From: Octopus sinensis
Lineage: Eukaryota
Assembly: GCF_006345805.1 (NCBI RefSeq)
Contig: NC_042997.1
Location: 56,358,001 to 56,422,000, forward strand
DNA: 64,000 bases
Direction: 5' to 3'
Shown: piece after piece, positions 49,801 through 63,362 of the stretch
Position numbering within the stretch: position 1 is the first letter of the stretch
How the letters are laid out: the number at the start of each line of letters is the position of its first letter
The notes under the pieces: generated by a model
What the model was told of the DNA's origin: nothing
Databases searched by the model: none
Seen by the model: the letters and a program-made list of their open reading frames with translations, nothing else
Made by a program: the position numbers and the translations under genes

Positions 49801-52800
49801 CAAAAAAAGCAAAAACAATATCAGCTTCAAGTAATTATTAGAATTTCTTTATATTATTCATTCCTGTCAACAAGTAGTTGATTACATAATGTCTAAGGAT
49901 TAGAAAATATCCAGGACTATATAATGATCATAAAATGTATTTTATTCTTAGTTAAAAATCACTTATTGTTAAATCAGCAGTTCTTAGGCATTTATGGAAC
50001 ATAAACCCTGAATAATATAAACTTACTCAAGGAAGTGAATGATGTTTACACAATTTCTTAGACAGTCTTTAGATATATCCCACATTTCTACTGTACTGCT
50101 ACTTCGGTGAGTTATGTACATCAGTTTGTCATGAAACATCATTTTATTTATAATTTGAGTATTCTCATCAATGATGGACAAGCTGGAAATAAATGAAATT
50201 AAAGAAAAAAACATTTTTTAAATAAAGAAATATATTGGTTTCACATGTTAGCACAAGGCCAGCAAGCTTGGGGGAGTGGGTAAGTTGATTACATCGACCC
50301 CAGTTTTCAACTGGTATTTATTTTATTAATCCTCAAAGGATGAAGGGCAAAGATGACCTTGGTGGAATTTAAACTCAGAATGTAAAGAAGGACAAAATGC
50401 CACAAGGCATTTTGCTTGGCATATTAACAATATTAATATCTAATACACATTAGCAATTAAGGAAGAATATTATGAGTAAATATAAATATTGATTACAGAT
50501 TTTGGCACAAGGCCAGCAATTTCGGGGGGAGGGGTTAAGTTGATTACATTGATCACTAGTATTCAATTGGCACTTATTTTATCAACCCCAAAAGGATGAA
50601 ACATAAAGTTGACCCTGGTGGTGTTTGAACTCAGAATGTAAAGACAGACAAAATGCTGCTAAGCATTTTGCTTGGCATCCTAATGATTCTTCTAACTCAC
50701 CACCTATGAGTAAACAAATATTAACAACAAATACATTTTCAAACAACAAAGCTATATTCCTTATATCACACCCTAGAAGTAGAGGGAACCTGTGGAAGAG
50801 GTAGACCCAGGAAGACGACCTTCAAACATTGGGCTTCACAGAGGTGATGACAAGTGACTGAGACCTTTGGAGATATGATGTGCATGAGAAAACCTGGCAA
50901 GCCAAGTGAGACCATAACCATGGCCTATGCCAGTGCAGCATAACCGGCCAATTTAAGAGTACCCTTCAATCATTGGGCAATAAACTGTGCTTGCAAAGAC
51001 CTGTTGAGTCAAGTGAAGTCACTGTCGTAGCTGATGCCAGTACCACCTGATTGGCATGTAAAAAGCATCATTTGAGCATGGTCGATGCCAGTGCCACCTG
51101 ACTGGTACCGTGCTGGTGGGATGTAAAAAGCACCATTCAAGCATGGTTGTTGCCAGTGCAACCTGACTGGCTCCCATGCTGGTGGCTTGTAAGAAGCACC
51201 ATTCAAGTGTGGTCAATGCCAGTACTGCCTGACTGGCCCTCATGCTGGTGGCACAAAAAAAGCATCCACTACATTCTCGGAATGATTGGCGTTAGGAAGG
51301 GCATCCAGCTGTAGAAACTTTACCAGATCAGACTGCCAGCCCTCAGTCAAACCATCCAACCCATGCTGGCATGGAAAGCAGACATTAAACAACGCTGATG
51401 ATCTATTAATTAAATATCAATATCCATAATATTTCTTAATTTAATATTTTATTTTAATATCAGGTTATTTCTGTGGTAGGACAGTCTACAAAACAGAACC
51501 TTTCTATGTATCCTGTTCTTGTGAAATATTAAGAACATGAGTTAATATTTTCAAGTCCAAATTAGCTACATTTTCTTCATGCCTTTCTTAGTCAATTTCT
51601 TTCATTCCATAACCAATTGTAACATCCTTTTACTCAGCATGCAATATTTATTGATATTTATAATCAATCATATTCACTGTCCAATGATTTTTATATTCAA
51701 TGGCCACATCAACTCATTAACACTAAATTTCTCCCATAAATTAACATAATGCATATGGAACACATTATTTCTTTCTGCTTCAGATTCTCTACATTTACAT
51801 GTTTTCCAGCTGTACAGTAGAACACTTCTTACAGATCTCTCATATAATCTGTCTTTCACTTTTCAATATTGAACTGTCAATGCAGGAGCCTCTTCTGGTC
51901 ACCCCACCCAACCGCTACCTTATCTGACACCAACCTTAACTAGCTAGCCTTAATTCAGTATGCTAATCACAGTCAATCATAAACATATGCCTGACCAGAG
52001 AACCAAAAGTTAAATCTTGTATTTCATTAGTTTATCCTTTGATTCTCTTTTCCATAAAAAATAAGAACATTACCAAGAGCCATCATATTTTCTCTTCATT
52101 TTCCTTGCAGTGAAACAGAAGCAGTCTTCTCTATCGTAGATTTCTGAATCAAACACTGAAGACGAGAAATGCAATTTGTAGACAGATGTCCCACAACTTG
52201 CATAAATTGAATCACCATGTTGTTGAATACAGAGCACAGGCTCATTCAATCCAAAAGAATGAAGATATACTGGAGAATTGTTACCTTCCTGGAAAGATTT
52301 AAAATTGTAAAACATAAATGAGCAAAGAAAACTACAATACCAGTCATTAAAAAACATGAAATCAAGTCTTACTCAACTGCTACATTGTGCTATTAACATA
52401 TTCTGATTTAACAACTAATAGTGAAAATTATCGCTTCAAATTTGAGATGTTTAATCTTAAGAAATGTATAAATTATCTAAAATTCTAAATTTCCTGAACA
52501 ATTCAATTAAAGAGATTACATAAAAGCATTTTAAAAAGTTATATAAAAGGTTTTGAGCTCTAATATTTTACATCCTTGAAAAAGTTGCTTTTTGGAACCC
52601 AAAATCCAAATACACTTACCTCAATCAGAGAATCTAGCTTAAAAACAGCAACATAGCCATTTGCAGTTCCAGCCAAGATAAATTCAGTATAGTCAAACCT
52701 AAGAAAGAAAAAAATAAGAGGCACAATTGAATAACAGAGATATGAATTTTAATGTAACTTTATTTCTTCCAATATAAATTTTAAGAGTCATGGCTGTGTG

Positions 52801-55800
52801 GTTAAGAAGTTTACTTTGCAATTATATAGTTTCAGATTGAGTCCTAGTGCAATGATGCCTAGAACAAGTGGGACTAAACCCAAAATCATGTGGTTAGGAA
52901 GCAAACTTCTTTACCACATAACCATGGCTGCACCTCTTACTTTATTTTTTTTCTATATTAACATGCATTATTGGCTGTTAGATATATTTTATCATTACAA
53001 AATAATAGTGAAGAAAAATGTTGATATAATAATATGTTTTTATGGCTCCAATAATCCTATTACGATGACATTTTTTATTGTTATTTTCACTAGAAATTAA
53101 AATGGAGCAAAGAAAGTCCTTTTACAAAAGAATATAATGATAATCTAATGTGCAAGGGAGCCTTTAGGTAGTTACTTGGTCCTCTAGAAAAATCAATCAA
53201 ATCTCTCTCTAATAATCTTAAAAGCCAATAATGTAGTTCTAGATAAACATAAACAAAAAATACAGGTTGGTTACGGCTGAAATTCTCCTGACATGGGACA
53301 TGGTGAATTAGAGCTAAAAAACAACAGCATAGTGATATATAATTTGTCTCACCGTGTGTAGCTGCAGATACAGAGAACTGAGTCGAGTAATTGCACACTG
53401 CTATGTAAGAGGATTTTCTTCTCTGCATCAAATACTGCTATACTTCCATTGATACAGCCCAACAATATCACATGTTTAGCTGTATGCAGACAGAGAGGTG
53501 TCTGTATGTTAACAATAAAACCCTAAAGAGAAAAAGGAAAAAAAAAAGTAACCATTAAAGAAATCGTTCACGAATAAATCATATTTAAAAAAACAAACAA
53601 ACATTGTTAGTCATTAAAATAGGGGATAGTACCCTGACCTGTGTAGAATCTCCCAAATTAGTGAAATCAAGTTATCTGCAGGTTAATGTCTGGAGGGAGG
53701 GAAAGGATACAGAAGCTTGATCCAAATACAACAGTGTGAGTTCCATTAAAGGTAATGAAGGCTCAGATTTTGGTGTTAATAAAACAGTATGTTAGGTCTA
53801 CCATGTAAATGAAATGAAAACAAGTCACTATTGACATATATACGACGGGCTTCTTTCAGTTTCCGTCTACCAAATCCACTCACAAGGCTTTGGTCGGCCC
53901 GAGGCTATAGTAGAAGACACTTGCCCAAGGTGCCACGCAGTGGGACTAAATCCAGAACCATGTGGTTCATAAGCAAGCTACTTACCACACAGCCACTCCT
54001 ACGTCTATTTACATTCATTTATTTTAATTTTGTTTGATATATTTATGCAAGGCAAACATGTGGCACTGTTAAGATATATTTTTTTAGTTCATTTCAAGTG
54101 TCTGAGACAAACATTTTTTTTTACCTTATTTGGTTTGTTTCATATATTCGACATTTCAAACGCCAAAGAAAAGTAGCCATGTCAAAGACTCAATGACAAG
54201 ATATCTTTCTATTTATGTTCATGTGAAAAGAACCAAATGAAAAATTGACAATCTATGTGAAGTAATACTGAAATAGAACTAAACTTCATCTTCTTGTAGT
54301 ATGTTGAAGCCAAATTAGTTTGATAAAGCCTAACCTTTTTTAGGCTGTTGGATATGGCTGAAAATCACGGCTTTGAAGTGAGTTAAATGGAAATGAAGCT
54401 CACATCAAAGACCTAGCTGGCTGGGAGTTCACCACTAATGTATAAAATTACTACATGTAATCAAGCCTTCCTGATATCAACTTCTTAATTAAGAATGAGG
54501 TTAAGATTCATATGGAAGAAATACGTAGAATGTGTTTATCCTTTAGCAAGAGGTACAACAAAACAAATAAGCTTCAAATTGTGATTGAAACTATCTCAAA
54601 GACTATATATTTGCTAGAAAGTTACTTCTTATTCAACTATAGTCCATTCTTGGTGTCATTTGATTCAACACAGAAGAGCAATACTTTATTGAGGGAGTAT
54701 TGTAATTGAGTTAGCTCAGTGCATGGCTGACACTTATTTCATCAACTTTAGAATAAAAGGCAAAGAAACAAAGTTAATATTTGAACTTGGAAAATAAAAA
54801 AAATAAATAAATATTGTAAAAATTTTAGTCTGGTGCTCTACTGTTTCTGCCACCCGAAATAATTTTAAGTTGAGCAAAAAGTTTTTTTTTATGTAAATTG
54901 GTTGCATAACCATGTGGTTAAGGGGATCATATCAAACCATGTGGTTTTGAGCTTTATGCTATGGTGTAGCATCTTGGCCCTTCTATATCTGCCAGTGAAA
55001 TTTGGTAGATGGAATTGGACACAAGCTAATCGTGTATATGTGTGTGTGTGTGTGTGTGCACATGTGCTCATGTGTGTATTTATGCACGAATATCTATATA
55101 AATACAGGGTGAAATGGGTAAATTTTCGGCATTTTATATTTTTTATTTTGTGCATGCGTGTTTTTTGATTTTGATTTTGTTGACTACACAGTATGGTAGG
55201 GTCAGTTGGGCACTATCTGTGAGAAAAACAGCATTATGATGCAATTCACTCAGCCAGAAATTTGGAAACGAAATATTGTACTGCTTGGCATTCATGCCGA
55301 AAGCTCCAATATGAACATTTCAGAGTGTTTGGGTGTCAATCTGAGGATATTACAGAGGATTCAGAAAGAGTTGGATGAGTCTAATGGTGATTATGAAGGT
55401 AATGATAATTTTGAAGGTATGGCAACTCAGAAAACTCACTCTGATCATTCTGATAAGAACTCCTGAATTTGTTGGTGAGATCCAGGCCATGGTTGACAAT
55501 GATCCCTCCAAGTCAACCAGGTCCACCGCCAAGGACATGGGAGTGTCTGGGTTTCTTATCAGACAGGTAGTGCATGAAGACATTTGGTATTCCTCATACA
55601 AGATGAAAAAGGGCTCATTTTTATCCCAAGCCATCAAGAGCAAGAGGAAAGACTGCACTATGAAGCTAAGCTTTTGAACAAACTCAAGTAGCCCCTCCAA
55701 CAGAACATGCTTTGGGTTTTCTCAGATGACAAAAATTCCTGCCAGGATCAGATGGTGAATACACAAAACAACCATTGGCTTGCCATGTCCCCAAAACATG

Positions 55801-58800
55801 TACTGAGAGTGATAAAAATCAAACATCCAGTCAATATCATGGTGTTTGGAATGATCACTACTGACCACTAGTAATGGTGATGTTATGTCTCCATTCACTT
55901 CCCACGTGGAATCAAACTCAACATGGAGGCCTACATCAGGTGCTGCTCTGGATGAAGAGGGTGGCAGCTGGAAGACCCTATGTCTGGCAACAGGACTCTG
56001 CACCATGTTACAAAAGCAGGAGAATCCAGTCATGACTGTCAGACAATTTTTGTGATCACATCACCCCTAACATCTGGCCACCTAGGTCCCTAGACTGCTT
56101 GATTATCATGTCTGAGTGAGAGACCAACAAAACACCTTATAACACCAAAGATGAACTGAAGGCAAGGATTATGGCAGCATTCACCAACTTACAAGGAGAC
56201 CATCCAGAAGAGTTGCAGGAGATTCCAAAATTGTGTGAAGGGCATGATTGAAGCCAATGACAATTTTATTGGATAAATTTGCTCTTTAGTATTTCAAGAT
56301 ATTTTTATGTAATTTTGCTAAATATATCTGTTAAAATGAGATGTCAGTGATATTTTCATTTTTGTGTAATTTAAACAACAATTTATTCACCACATCCTAT
56401 ATATATATAAGCATGTATATATATATGTGTGTGTGTACCTTTGTTTATGCTTACCAGTGTAAAACTGATGTTATGTCAAAAAGCATATATTAACAACATG
56501 GCCAAAATCCAATTGCTGAAACTAATAATGGAATAGAAATATTATAAACTAAGGAGGCGACTTAAAATTGAAATCTTTATTTATACATTTAATGTAATCT
56601 TCATACACAGTGCATATGCACATCTGTATGAATGCTTATATATTTGCATGAAAAAGCTCTGAACTACAAACAGTGATGATTGCTGACATTCCTGTCGATA
56701 AAATCGTCCACTTTCAAAAATGAGTGGAACGAAAACTCCTCACTTGATAAACAAGTAAGGATTAACAGCAGGAATGGCATCTGGCAGTAAAACAATATCT
56801 TAGTAATATGTATTTGTTTAACCTATGCTAACAAACAAACAAAAAATTGGATGTAGAATGGGTGAAGAAATGAACAGAAGAGAAAATGATAATTCTGAAA
56901 AAGTAAAAAATAGAAATTTTAATTTGAAATGAAAGGATTTTAGGTGTGAAGGAAACAAACCTGGAGGTTCACTGCTGTATTGCTAAGTTCAATCCAAGAG
57001 AGCTCCATTTTTGTTTCTGAATCACAGGTCAGCCACAGCTCATTTTCCTCTGTGTTATTTTTCTGAATATAGAAAAAAAGTGATGATATTATATCAAAAC
57101 TTACATTACTTAATCAAAAAAAGAAATTTAGAGCAATGAAAAGGAACAATTAGAAATAAAATAGTTGGAGATAGTCAAACTAAATAATTTACAGTAATTA
57201 GTTGAATCCCTTTTGACTCTGATTTCGAATCCCTATGAATTTAACTTTACTTTTTATCCATCCTGAGTTGGTATAAAAATACCAGTAACACACTGCACGG
57301 ATTGAATTAAATTTACTGGCTTGTCTATGGATACAATGCATTGCTAATATCAGTATGAAAAATTAGCTTCCTCTTGAATGGTTGACCTTGGCAGGTACAA
57401 AAAAGAACACCCACCTTACAACTTTTATTTTGTACTTCACCTATGCCATGCCTGTGTCTGCACCTATGCCACGCCTGTGCCTATTATATCAAATATACTA
57501 ATTACTTTTGAACAAAGTATTACCATAAAAAACTTACTTGAAAAGTCATGCAAGCTGGTGGAAAGGACTTTGAAACAGCTTTTACATCTTTCAAACACAA
57601 CATTTCTGGGTTTCTCAAGCATGTGCATAACTCTTTAGACTGAAATATGTTTATAGAATATGAAAAGGTTTGAAATATCATAAACAACCACAAATTAAAA
57701 TTTAAGTTAAATGAAGGAAATGCTTCATGCAAAATAATTTACAGAATACATAAATCAGGATTATTAACAAATGTCTTTAATTACATATAACATCTAATGT
57801 ATAATATTTACCATCTATGTAGGTAAGTTAAAGAGTCTGGGTAAAAATTACACATATGTTTATATTTAATGCATAGTTTGCACTGTAAACACTGTAAATA
57901 AACTTCAAACAACAAAGATTTCTGATCTAGGAAAGAAACCTGAACTTGAGTCTCTAAGAACAAGAGAAATGACAATCATTTCTTTAAAAGGCTGCAGGTG
58001 GTATGGTATTAATGAAGTGGAATGGTCTCAACTGAGAACTGGAAACAAGTCAAGGACTTGGTTTATTGAGAGTTTACAGCCACAGTATATGACTGGTAAC
58101 CATCATTGGTCCTTCTCATCATTGCTCCCACCACCACCACCACCACCACCACTACCACTACCACTTCCACAACCATTAACCTTCTCTCAGTTTTATATCT
58201 GCAGTTTTCCATACATTTCAATGTTGCCTCATATCTTTTGTGAGGTCTAATATTCTCATTATTGACCTAATTATTTCTGATTCAGATCTTCTGTATTCTG
58301 TCATAGTTTCTGATGTATGTCATAGAATCAAAGAATTTCTGGGAAAAGTTAATAGAAAGTTATCAATGTCAAAGCCTACCTCAGAGATAAATTTCAAGTA
58401 GAGCAGAACATTAACTATACTGGATTCTGTTTGCCAATAACATACAACAGTACCACAGTTACATCAACAATCATTTTAACCATTTCGCATCATCATCATC
58501 ATCATTGTTTAATGTTCGCTTTCCATGCTGGCATGGGTTGGATGGTTTGACTGATGACTGGCAAATCAGAAGGCTGCATCAGGCTCCAATCTGATCTGGC
58601 AAGGTTTCTACAGCTGGATGCCCTTCCTAACACCAACCACTCCAAGAGTGTAGTGGGTGCTTTTTACATGCCACCGGCACAGGTGCTAGTCAGGCAGTAC
58701 TGGCATTGGCCACAACAATGATTTCACTTGACTCAACAAGTCTTCTCAAGTACAGTTTATTGTCCACTGATTGAAGGGTACTCTTAAATGGGCCAGATAT

Positions 58801-61800
58801 GCTACACTAACATAGGTCATGGTTACAGTCTCACTTGGTTTGCTGGATCTTCTCAAGCACAGTATATCTCCAAATGTCTTGGTCGCTTGTCATTGCCTCC
58901 AAGAGGCCCATTATTTGAAAGTCGTGCTTTACCACCTCATTCCAGGTCTTCCTGAGTCTACCTCTTCCATAGGTTCCCTCCACTGTTAGGGTATGACACT
59001 TTTTCACAAAGCTATCCTCATTCATACACAATACATGACCATACCAGTGCAGTCGTCTCTCTTGCACACCACATCTGATGCTTCTTATCTCCATCTTTTC
59101 TCTCACGGCTCTTACACTTTGTCATGCATGCACACTGACATTACACACCTTGCAAGCTTTCGCATATCCTCAGCAGTCACAGCCCATGCTTCACTGCTGT
59201 GTAGCATGGCTGTTCACACACATGCATCATACAGTCTACCTTTCACTTTGAGCAAGAGGCCCTTTGTTACCAGCAGAGGTAGGAGCTCTCTGAACTTTGC
59301 CCAGGCATTCACATTATTCTATCAAAAGAAATGCTTTTTTATTCACATTGCTTTAAATTAATTATGCACTATTTTGTAGCTTTGAGATTTTGATGAGATA
59401 ATTGTTAATTTTTAGAATGATATTGTAGGGTTGGTGTGAGAGGTCAGATCTGGTTAGTTTGAACATAAGACAGCTAGAATATTTTGGCTGGATACAGCCA
59501 CTTTAAATGCTAAAGGGTTAAATGGTGAAAACATAGCCATTAGCAATAAAAGTGCTTGAATATCTTCTTTAGCAACATGATACATTAAAAAAAATTATTA
59601 AATATTTATAAGGAAAAAAATTGCTTTCAACACTTACAGTTGGTCTGTTACTTGGAACATACATGAGACATTGACTCAAAAGATCAAGCATATCAGGCCA
59701 GCTTCCAAATTTATTGCATAATGACAGTGATATGCGCTCACCCTGATGATAATAAAAATAAAAATAAACATAGCAAAATCATCTATACTTGCGTGTACAC
59801 ACACACACACACACACGAGTGAAGTAACAAAAGTTGTACTCAGCACCTTTGACTGGAGTTACATTTATTTAATAACAGTTTGACTCAGCTCCTTATTACC
59901 ATGTTCCTTACAGATTCATGGGCACACAGGATTCATCCATTGCATCATTTGATGGTATGTATGTGTGTGTGTGTGTGTGAGTGTGTGTGTGTGTTTGTGA
60001 GTGTGCACACGTGTGCGCATATGCAAATTGTGTATATGTGAGCATATATATATTCATATAGAAGCATGAGTGCATGTGTGGATACATATATAGAAAACCA
60101 TGTATGCATATGTATGTTTTTTTTTAGATATACGGGTAAACGTACGTGAATGTTATATGTGTGTGTAAATGCATTGTACTTATACTTGTCTGTATGCCTC
60201 AGTTGAATAAATCTACATTATATGTTACCTGTTAATAAGTCAGGAGATGTGCATAAGCATGCATATGTATACAGATCCATATATGTGTGTGTATGTATAT
60301 ATAAAGACATACATTATATATACAGGGTCATTAGAGCAAAAAAACAGGCCGGTGGCACATAAAAAGTACGCACTACACTATCAGAGTGGTTGGCATGAGG
60401 AAGGGCATTGAACTGTAATGGATATAAATCAAATTAATATCCATTTGTTTGTTATATATATATATATATATATATATAACAAACAAATGGATATTAAATT
60501 TTGCAATAGTTGTTTCTTTACACAAGGACTCCTTATTTATGTAAGCATAATAAATATTTTGGGTTACATCATACATTATGCATTATTTAAAGCACAGTTG
60601 AACAGAGAATTGTTGAGTAATCTATTGATTACCAGCAAGTGAAGTTATATTCAAAATTTTTTTTTTCTTTTTCTTTATGCCTTTAACCCTCCAATGCGGA
60701 GTATAGGCCACTTATAGTTGAATTTCATGTTGCATAATTTTTGGCTTCTGTACTTATACTCTGCCATGAATGCCCCCCTTTCTCTAGTTGCTTTTGTGTT
60801 GATCTCCGCTACGAGTTGTTAGGCCTACCTCTCCTTCTATATACATCCAGTTTCCACTGTAAAGCACTTTTCGCTACATTTGGTGTGTCTTTTCTAATTG
60901 TGCTACCAATCCACTTCCACTTTTTCTTAAATATTTGCTCCCTAATCGAAACTTCATTTGTTCTTTGCCATATCTCCATATTGCTTATGTGTTCAGGCCA
61001 TCTAATTTTAAGTATACTACACAAGCATCTGTTGATGAATGATTGTATTTGCTTATTTGACTTAACTGTTGTTCGCCATGTCTCAGCCCCATACAATAAC
61101 ACCACTTTTACATTAGAGTTAAAAATTCTTATTTTGTTCTTTATTGAAATTACACTTGCGCTCCATAATTTCTTTAACAGGTGAAAAGTGTTCCTTGCCT
61201 TACTTATTCTCCTCTTAATATCTTTGTCGGTGCCGCCTGAAAACATTATCTTACTACCTAAATACGTAAACTCGGCTACATCCTCTAGTTCACTGGTTTC
61301 TAGTTTAATACATTCACTGTTTTCTTCATTAATGCGCATAATTTTTTATTTGTCGTGGTTGACTTTCAATCCTAGTTTGGCAGCTATTGCTTCTAATATT
61401 CAAAATTACCAATATAAAAGAATAAAGTGGGCATGCTAAAAAAGTGACAATCAAAAATAGTACAGAACAAAGAAAGGGGAAAAATAATTTACGATTATAG
61501 ACCTTAAGATAAAAGGTAACAACAGTAAATTTTTTACACTTAATCGAGACGCATCAACATGTAGTAAGCCTTTATTCTTTATGAATCCTATATAGCAATA
61601 TATATATACTAGCAGTATCGCCCAGCGTTGCTCGGGTTTGTAAGGGAAATAACTATATAAGCATTTTTAGAGAGTTACTTCCCTTACATAACCCGAGCAA
61701 AAATCATTAAAAATGCAGAAAAATGATGGTAATTTTTTTTTAAATCGTAGACTCATCATAGACTCACGCTAATACCCAGAAGGGTTCGATATGAATGACG

Positions 61801-63362
61801 ACTATAAGATACCCGCTTTTGGTTAAACTACACCGCAAAATGTGGGAGTAGTTAGGAATCTAAATCGGAGGAGACAGAGTCTCACACACACAACTTTAAT
61901 TTTATATATAAAGATATAAATTCCTATCCGCAATGTTTTATTGATATTGTTAACAACTAACAATAGACAAATACAAATGTTAGATAACATCTACATTTAG
62001 AGGATTAGTTAACCGTAAATCACATTTCTGAAAAAGGAACAGATGTTAACTTACAGTGAGAATTGCTTGTTCCATTTCAGATGGATGAAGGAGGTGGCCA
62101 TATGGATGTTTTCCACCAGACAGGAGGGCGTATAACAAAATACCATATGAAAATATGTCAGCCTGAAATAAAGTTTGTATGCAAAGACAAGTAAAGTATA
62201 TCATCTAGAATACAGTTCAACAGGTAGAACAGGTAGAAAACTTTGAAAGTTAGACATTGGGTAACATGAAGTCCATAATAAGGAACAGAATGTGGATCCG
62301 ATCACAAGGTTGCTTAAGGCAATTGGAAATTCTGGTCTGAAACTGGGTACCAAAATAGTTTACAATGGATTCCTCCAGATCTAATAGAAGAGTTCAGTAC
62401 AACAATGTAAGTTAATAAAATACAAATTGACTATACAGTGCTGAAGGCATGTGGCCAAGTGGTTAAAGTGTTGCACTCATGATTGTCAGATCATGGTTTC
62501 AATTCTCTAACTGGGCAGTGTGCTGTGTTCTTGAACAAAATACTTCACCTCATGTTGTTCCATTCTACTTGACTGTAAATGAGCAATCTTGTAATAGACT
62601 GTTCAGGGGGAATGTTGTGATCTCAGTCACTTATATGCCATGGAAACCAAGTAATCAGACTATGAATCCTAAGACTTGAAACAGTAACATCCGTTGTCCA
62701 ATAACACAATGTTCTTGGTGTATTTTAGCAATGGCCTGTACCAACATATGTTAATATTTACATTTTGGAGTAATAATCTAATAACTCAATGTCTTGGCTA
62801 TGTACACAGTGTAGTGTCAGTGAAAGAATATTAAACCAGCAAGCAAGTTAGCCAACACCTTGCTATATTGGTCACTTGTGATTTTATAGATACTAATATG
62901 ATATTAATAAAACATTGGTTTATTACACTGGCATAAAGTTACACATTTGCAAGGACAGGTTATAATAGATATAACTGCACTCAATACATCACTATTAGAT
63001 ATTTTATCAGTACCAGAGCAATTACATGTAAAATTATCAAGTCCTGTGTATTTAAACTAAGAATACAGGAGATAGTGATAAATACTGAAATGGTGAAATC
63101 CAGAATCTAAGAACACAGAAGGACAAAGGTATTCCCCAAAACTCCCTTGGGTTCTAAATTTTAAAAAGAACTTTTAATTTTATTCTCTACCATTTCTGCA
63201 AAACCATTCAAATGAAATATTTATAAAAAGCCTTACTTGGAAGGAGTAGTTTTCCTTTTTGATTACTTCTGGTGCTTGATAACCAGGTGTGCCTTCATTT
63301 GCTGTAAGACCATAGAATGTACTCAACTGGGAAATACCATAATCAGAGATTTTGACATTAAT
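46558..63362 (-). CDS. LRRK2: Leucine-rich repeat kinase 2-like, 3' 12 exons (kinase C-lobe, WD40, C-terminal helix); gene continues beyond the window end
   Basis: Exons 63237-63362, 62055-62162, 59638-59742, 57538-57639, 56961-57062, 53353-53522, 52620-52698, 52074-52288, 50027-50182, 48683-48861, 47455-47526 and 46558-46688 total 1545 nt in frame. Motifs: KISDYGI, EGTPGYQAPEV, ADIFSYG, LWIGTGGGHL, CISFWDADFP. Confidence 0.92.
46944..47280 (+). mobile_element. mariner transposase C-terminal fragment with 3' end
   Basis: HPPYSPNLAPSDFHHF...LKGKHF (YSPDLAPSD motif). Confidence 0.88.
47455..47526 (-). CDS. LRRK2: LRRK2-like exon (TGSSSQIICGSYGFRPQLGLNRK)
   Basis: atacag| and |gtaaac; phase 1/1 bridges the neighbouring exons. 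Confidence 0.75.
47710..47965 (+). mobile_element. RTE RT-domain fragment
   Basis: EQSDFVKD..TRNIFVLR, CFIDYRKAFNKVRH. Confidence 0.7.
47985..48580 (+). mobile_element. RTE 3' UTR copy with 4 internal units of about 60 bp
   Basis: TTGGACCTCACxGAxGCAAxxTGxCTGAG units, then the standard tail. Confidence 0.7.
48683..48861 (-). CDS. LRRK2: LRRK2-like WD40 exon (TETNMSRITATCLHAATKILWIGTGGGHLVLLD...SDK)
   Basis: gttacag| (alternative in-frame AG gives start 48840) and |gtaatt; LWIGTGGGH matches human LRRK2. Confidence 0.9.
50027..50182 (-). CDS. LRRK2: LRRK2-like WD40 exon (LSIIDENTQII...SSSTVEMWDISKDCLRNCVNIIHFL)
   Basis: atttccag| and |gtaagt; similar to human SPVVEVWDKK...IDCVHFL. Confidence 0.88.
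50780..51400 (+). mobile_element. RTE 3' end with 4-5 internal repeats of about 60 bp
   Basis: GAGGGAACCTGTGGAAGAGGTAGACCCAGG start; standard tail. Confidence 0.8.
52074..52288 (-). CDS. LRRK2: LRRK2-like WD40 exon (EGNNSPVYLHSFGLNEPVLC...YASCGTSVYK...)
   Basis: ctttccag| and |gtaatg; phase 0/2. Confidence 0.85.
52620..52698 (-). CDS. LRRK2: LRRK2-like WD40 exon (FDYTEFILAGTANGYVAVFKLDSLIE)
   Basis: ttcttag| and |gtaagt; similar to human FLLVGTADGKLAIF. Confidence 0.88.
53353..53522 (-). CDS. LRRK2: LRRK2-like WD40 exon (GFIVNIQTPLCLHTAKHVILLGCINGSIAVFDAEKKILLHSSVQLLDSVLCICSYT)
   Basis: tctttag| and |gtgaga; phase 0/2. Confidence 0.85.
55105..56399 (+). mobile_element. Tc1/mariner-superfamily element, maT/DD37D-like, near full length and decayed
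   Basis: TA|CAGGGTG start and CATCCTA|TA end; HTH-like region, VFSDDK, WQQDSAP, WPPxSxDC.LDY. Confidence 0.8.
56961..57062 (-). CDS. LRRK2: LRRK2-like exon (KNNTEENELWLTCDSETKMELSWIELSNTAVNLQ)
   Basis: tattcag| and |gtttgt; phase 0/0. Confidence 0.8.
57538..57639 (-). CDS. LRRK2: LRRK2-like exon (SKELCTCLRNPEMLCLKDVKAVSKSFPPACMTFQ)
   Basis: atttcag| and |gtaagt; kinase-WD40 junction. Confidence 0.85.
58490..59330 (-). mobile_element. RTE LINE 3' portion
   Basis: RRLHWYGHVL...GRGRLRKTWNEVVKHD plus UTR and (GAT)n tail. Confidence 0.88.
59345..59521. mobile_element. End of a TTAA-type (piggyBac-like) non-autonomous element; related end at about 14770-14914
   Basis: both copies end ATGCTAAAGGG|TTAA and share GGTGTGAGAGG..TAGTTTGAACATAA; left boundary uncertain. 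Confidence 0.55.
59638..59742 (-). CDS. LRRK2: LRRK2-like exon (GERISLSLCNKFGSWPDMLDLLSQCLMYVPSNRPT)
   Basis: catcag| and |gtaagt; subdomain XI RP motif. Confidence 0.9.
60680..61395 (-). mobile_element. RTE (BovB-like) LINE ORF2 C-terminal fragment
   Basis: EFTYLGS, DIKRRISKARNTF, VLLYGAETW, KWKWIG, RRRGRP. Confidence 0.9.
61609..61914 (-). mobile_element. Non-autonomous Helitron, same family, in an LRRK2 intron
   Basis: minus strand A|TCTTTATATATAAAA...CCCGAGCAACGCTGGGCGATACTGCTAG|T. Confidence 0.92.
62055..62162 (-). CDS. LRRK2: LRRK2-like exon (ADIFSYGILLYALLSGGKHPYGHLLHPSEMEQAILT)
   Basis: atttcag| and |gtaagt; kinase subdomain IX. Confidence 0.93.
63237..63362 (-). CDS. LRRK2: LRRK2-like exon, activation segment (INVKISDYGISQLSTFYGLTANEGTPGYQAPEVIKKENYSFQ)
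   Basis: ccttcag| and |gtaagg; LRRK-type DYG instead of DFG. Confidence 0.95.

Noticed and set aside
53090-53431. 113-aa minus-strand ORF as an LRRK2 exon
   Set aside because: Wrong frame; the real exon is 53353-53522 in a different frame.
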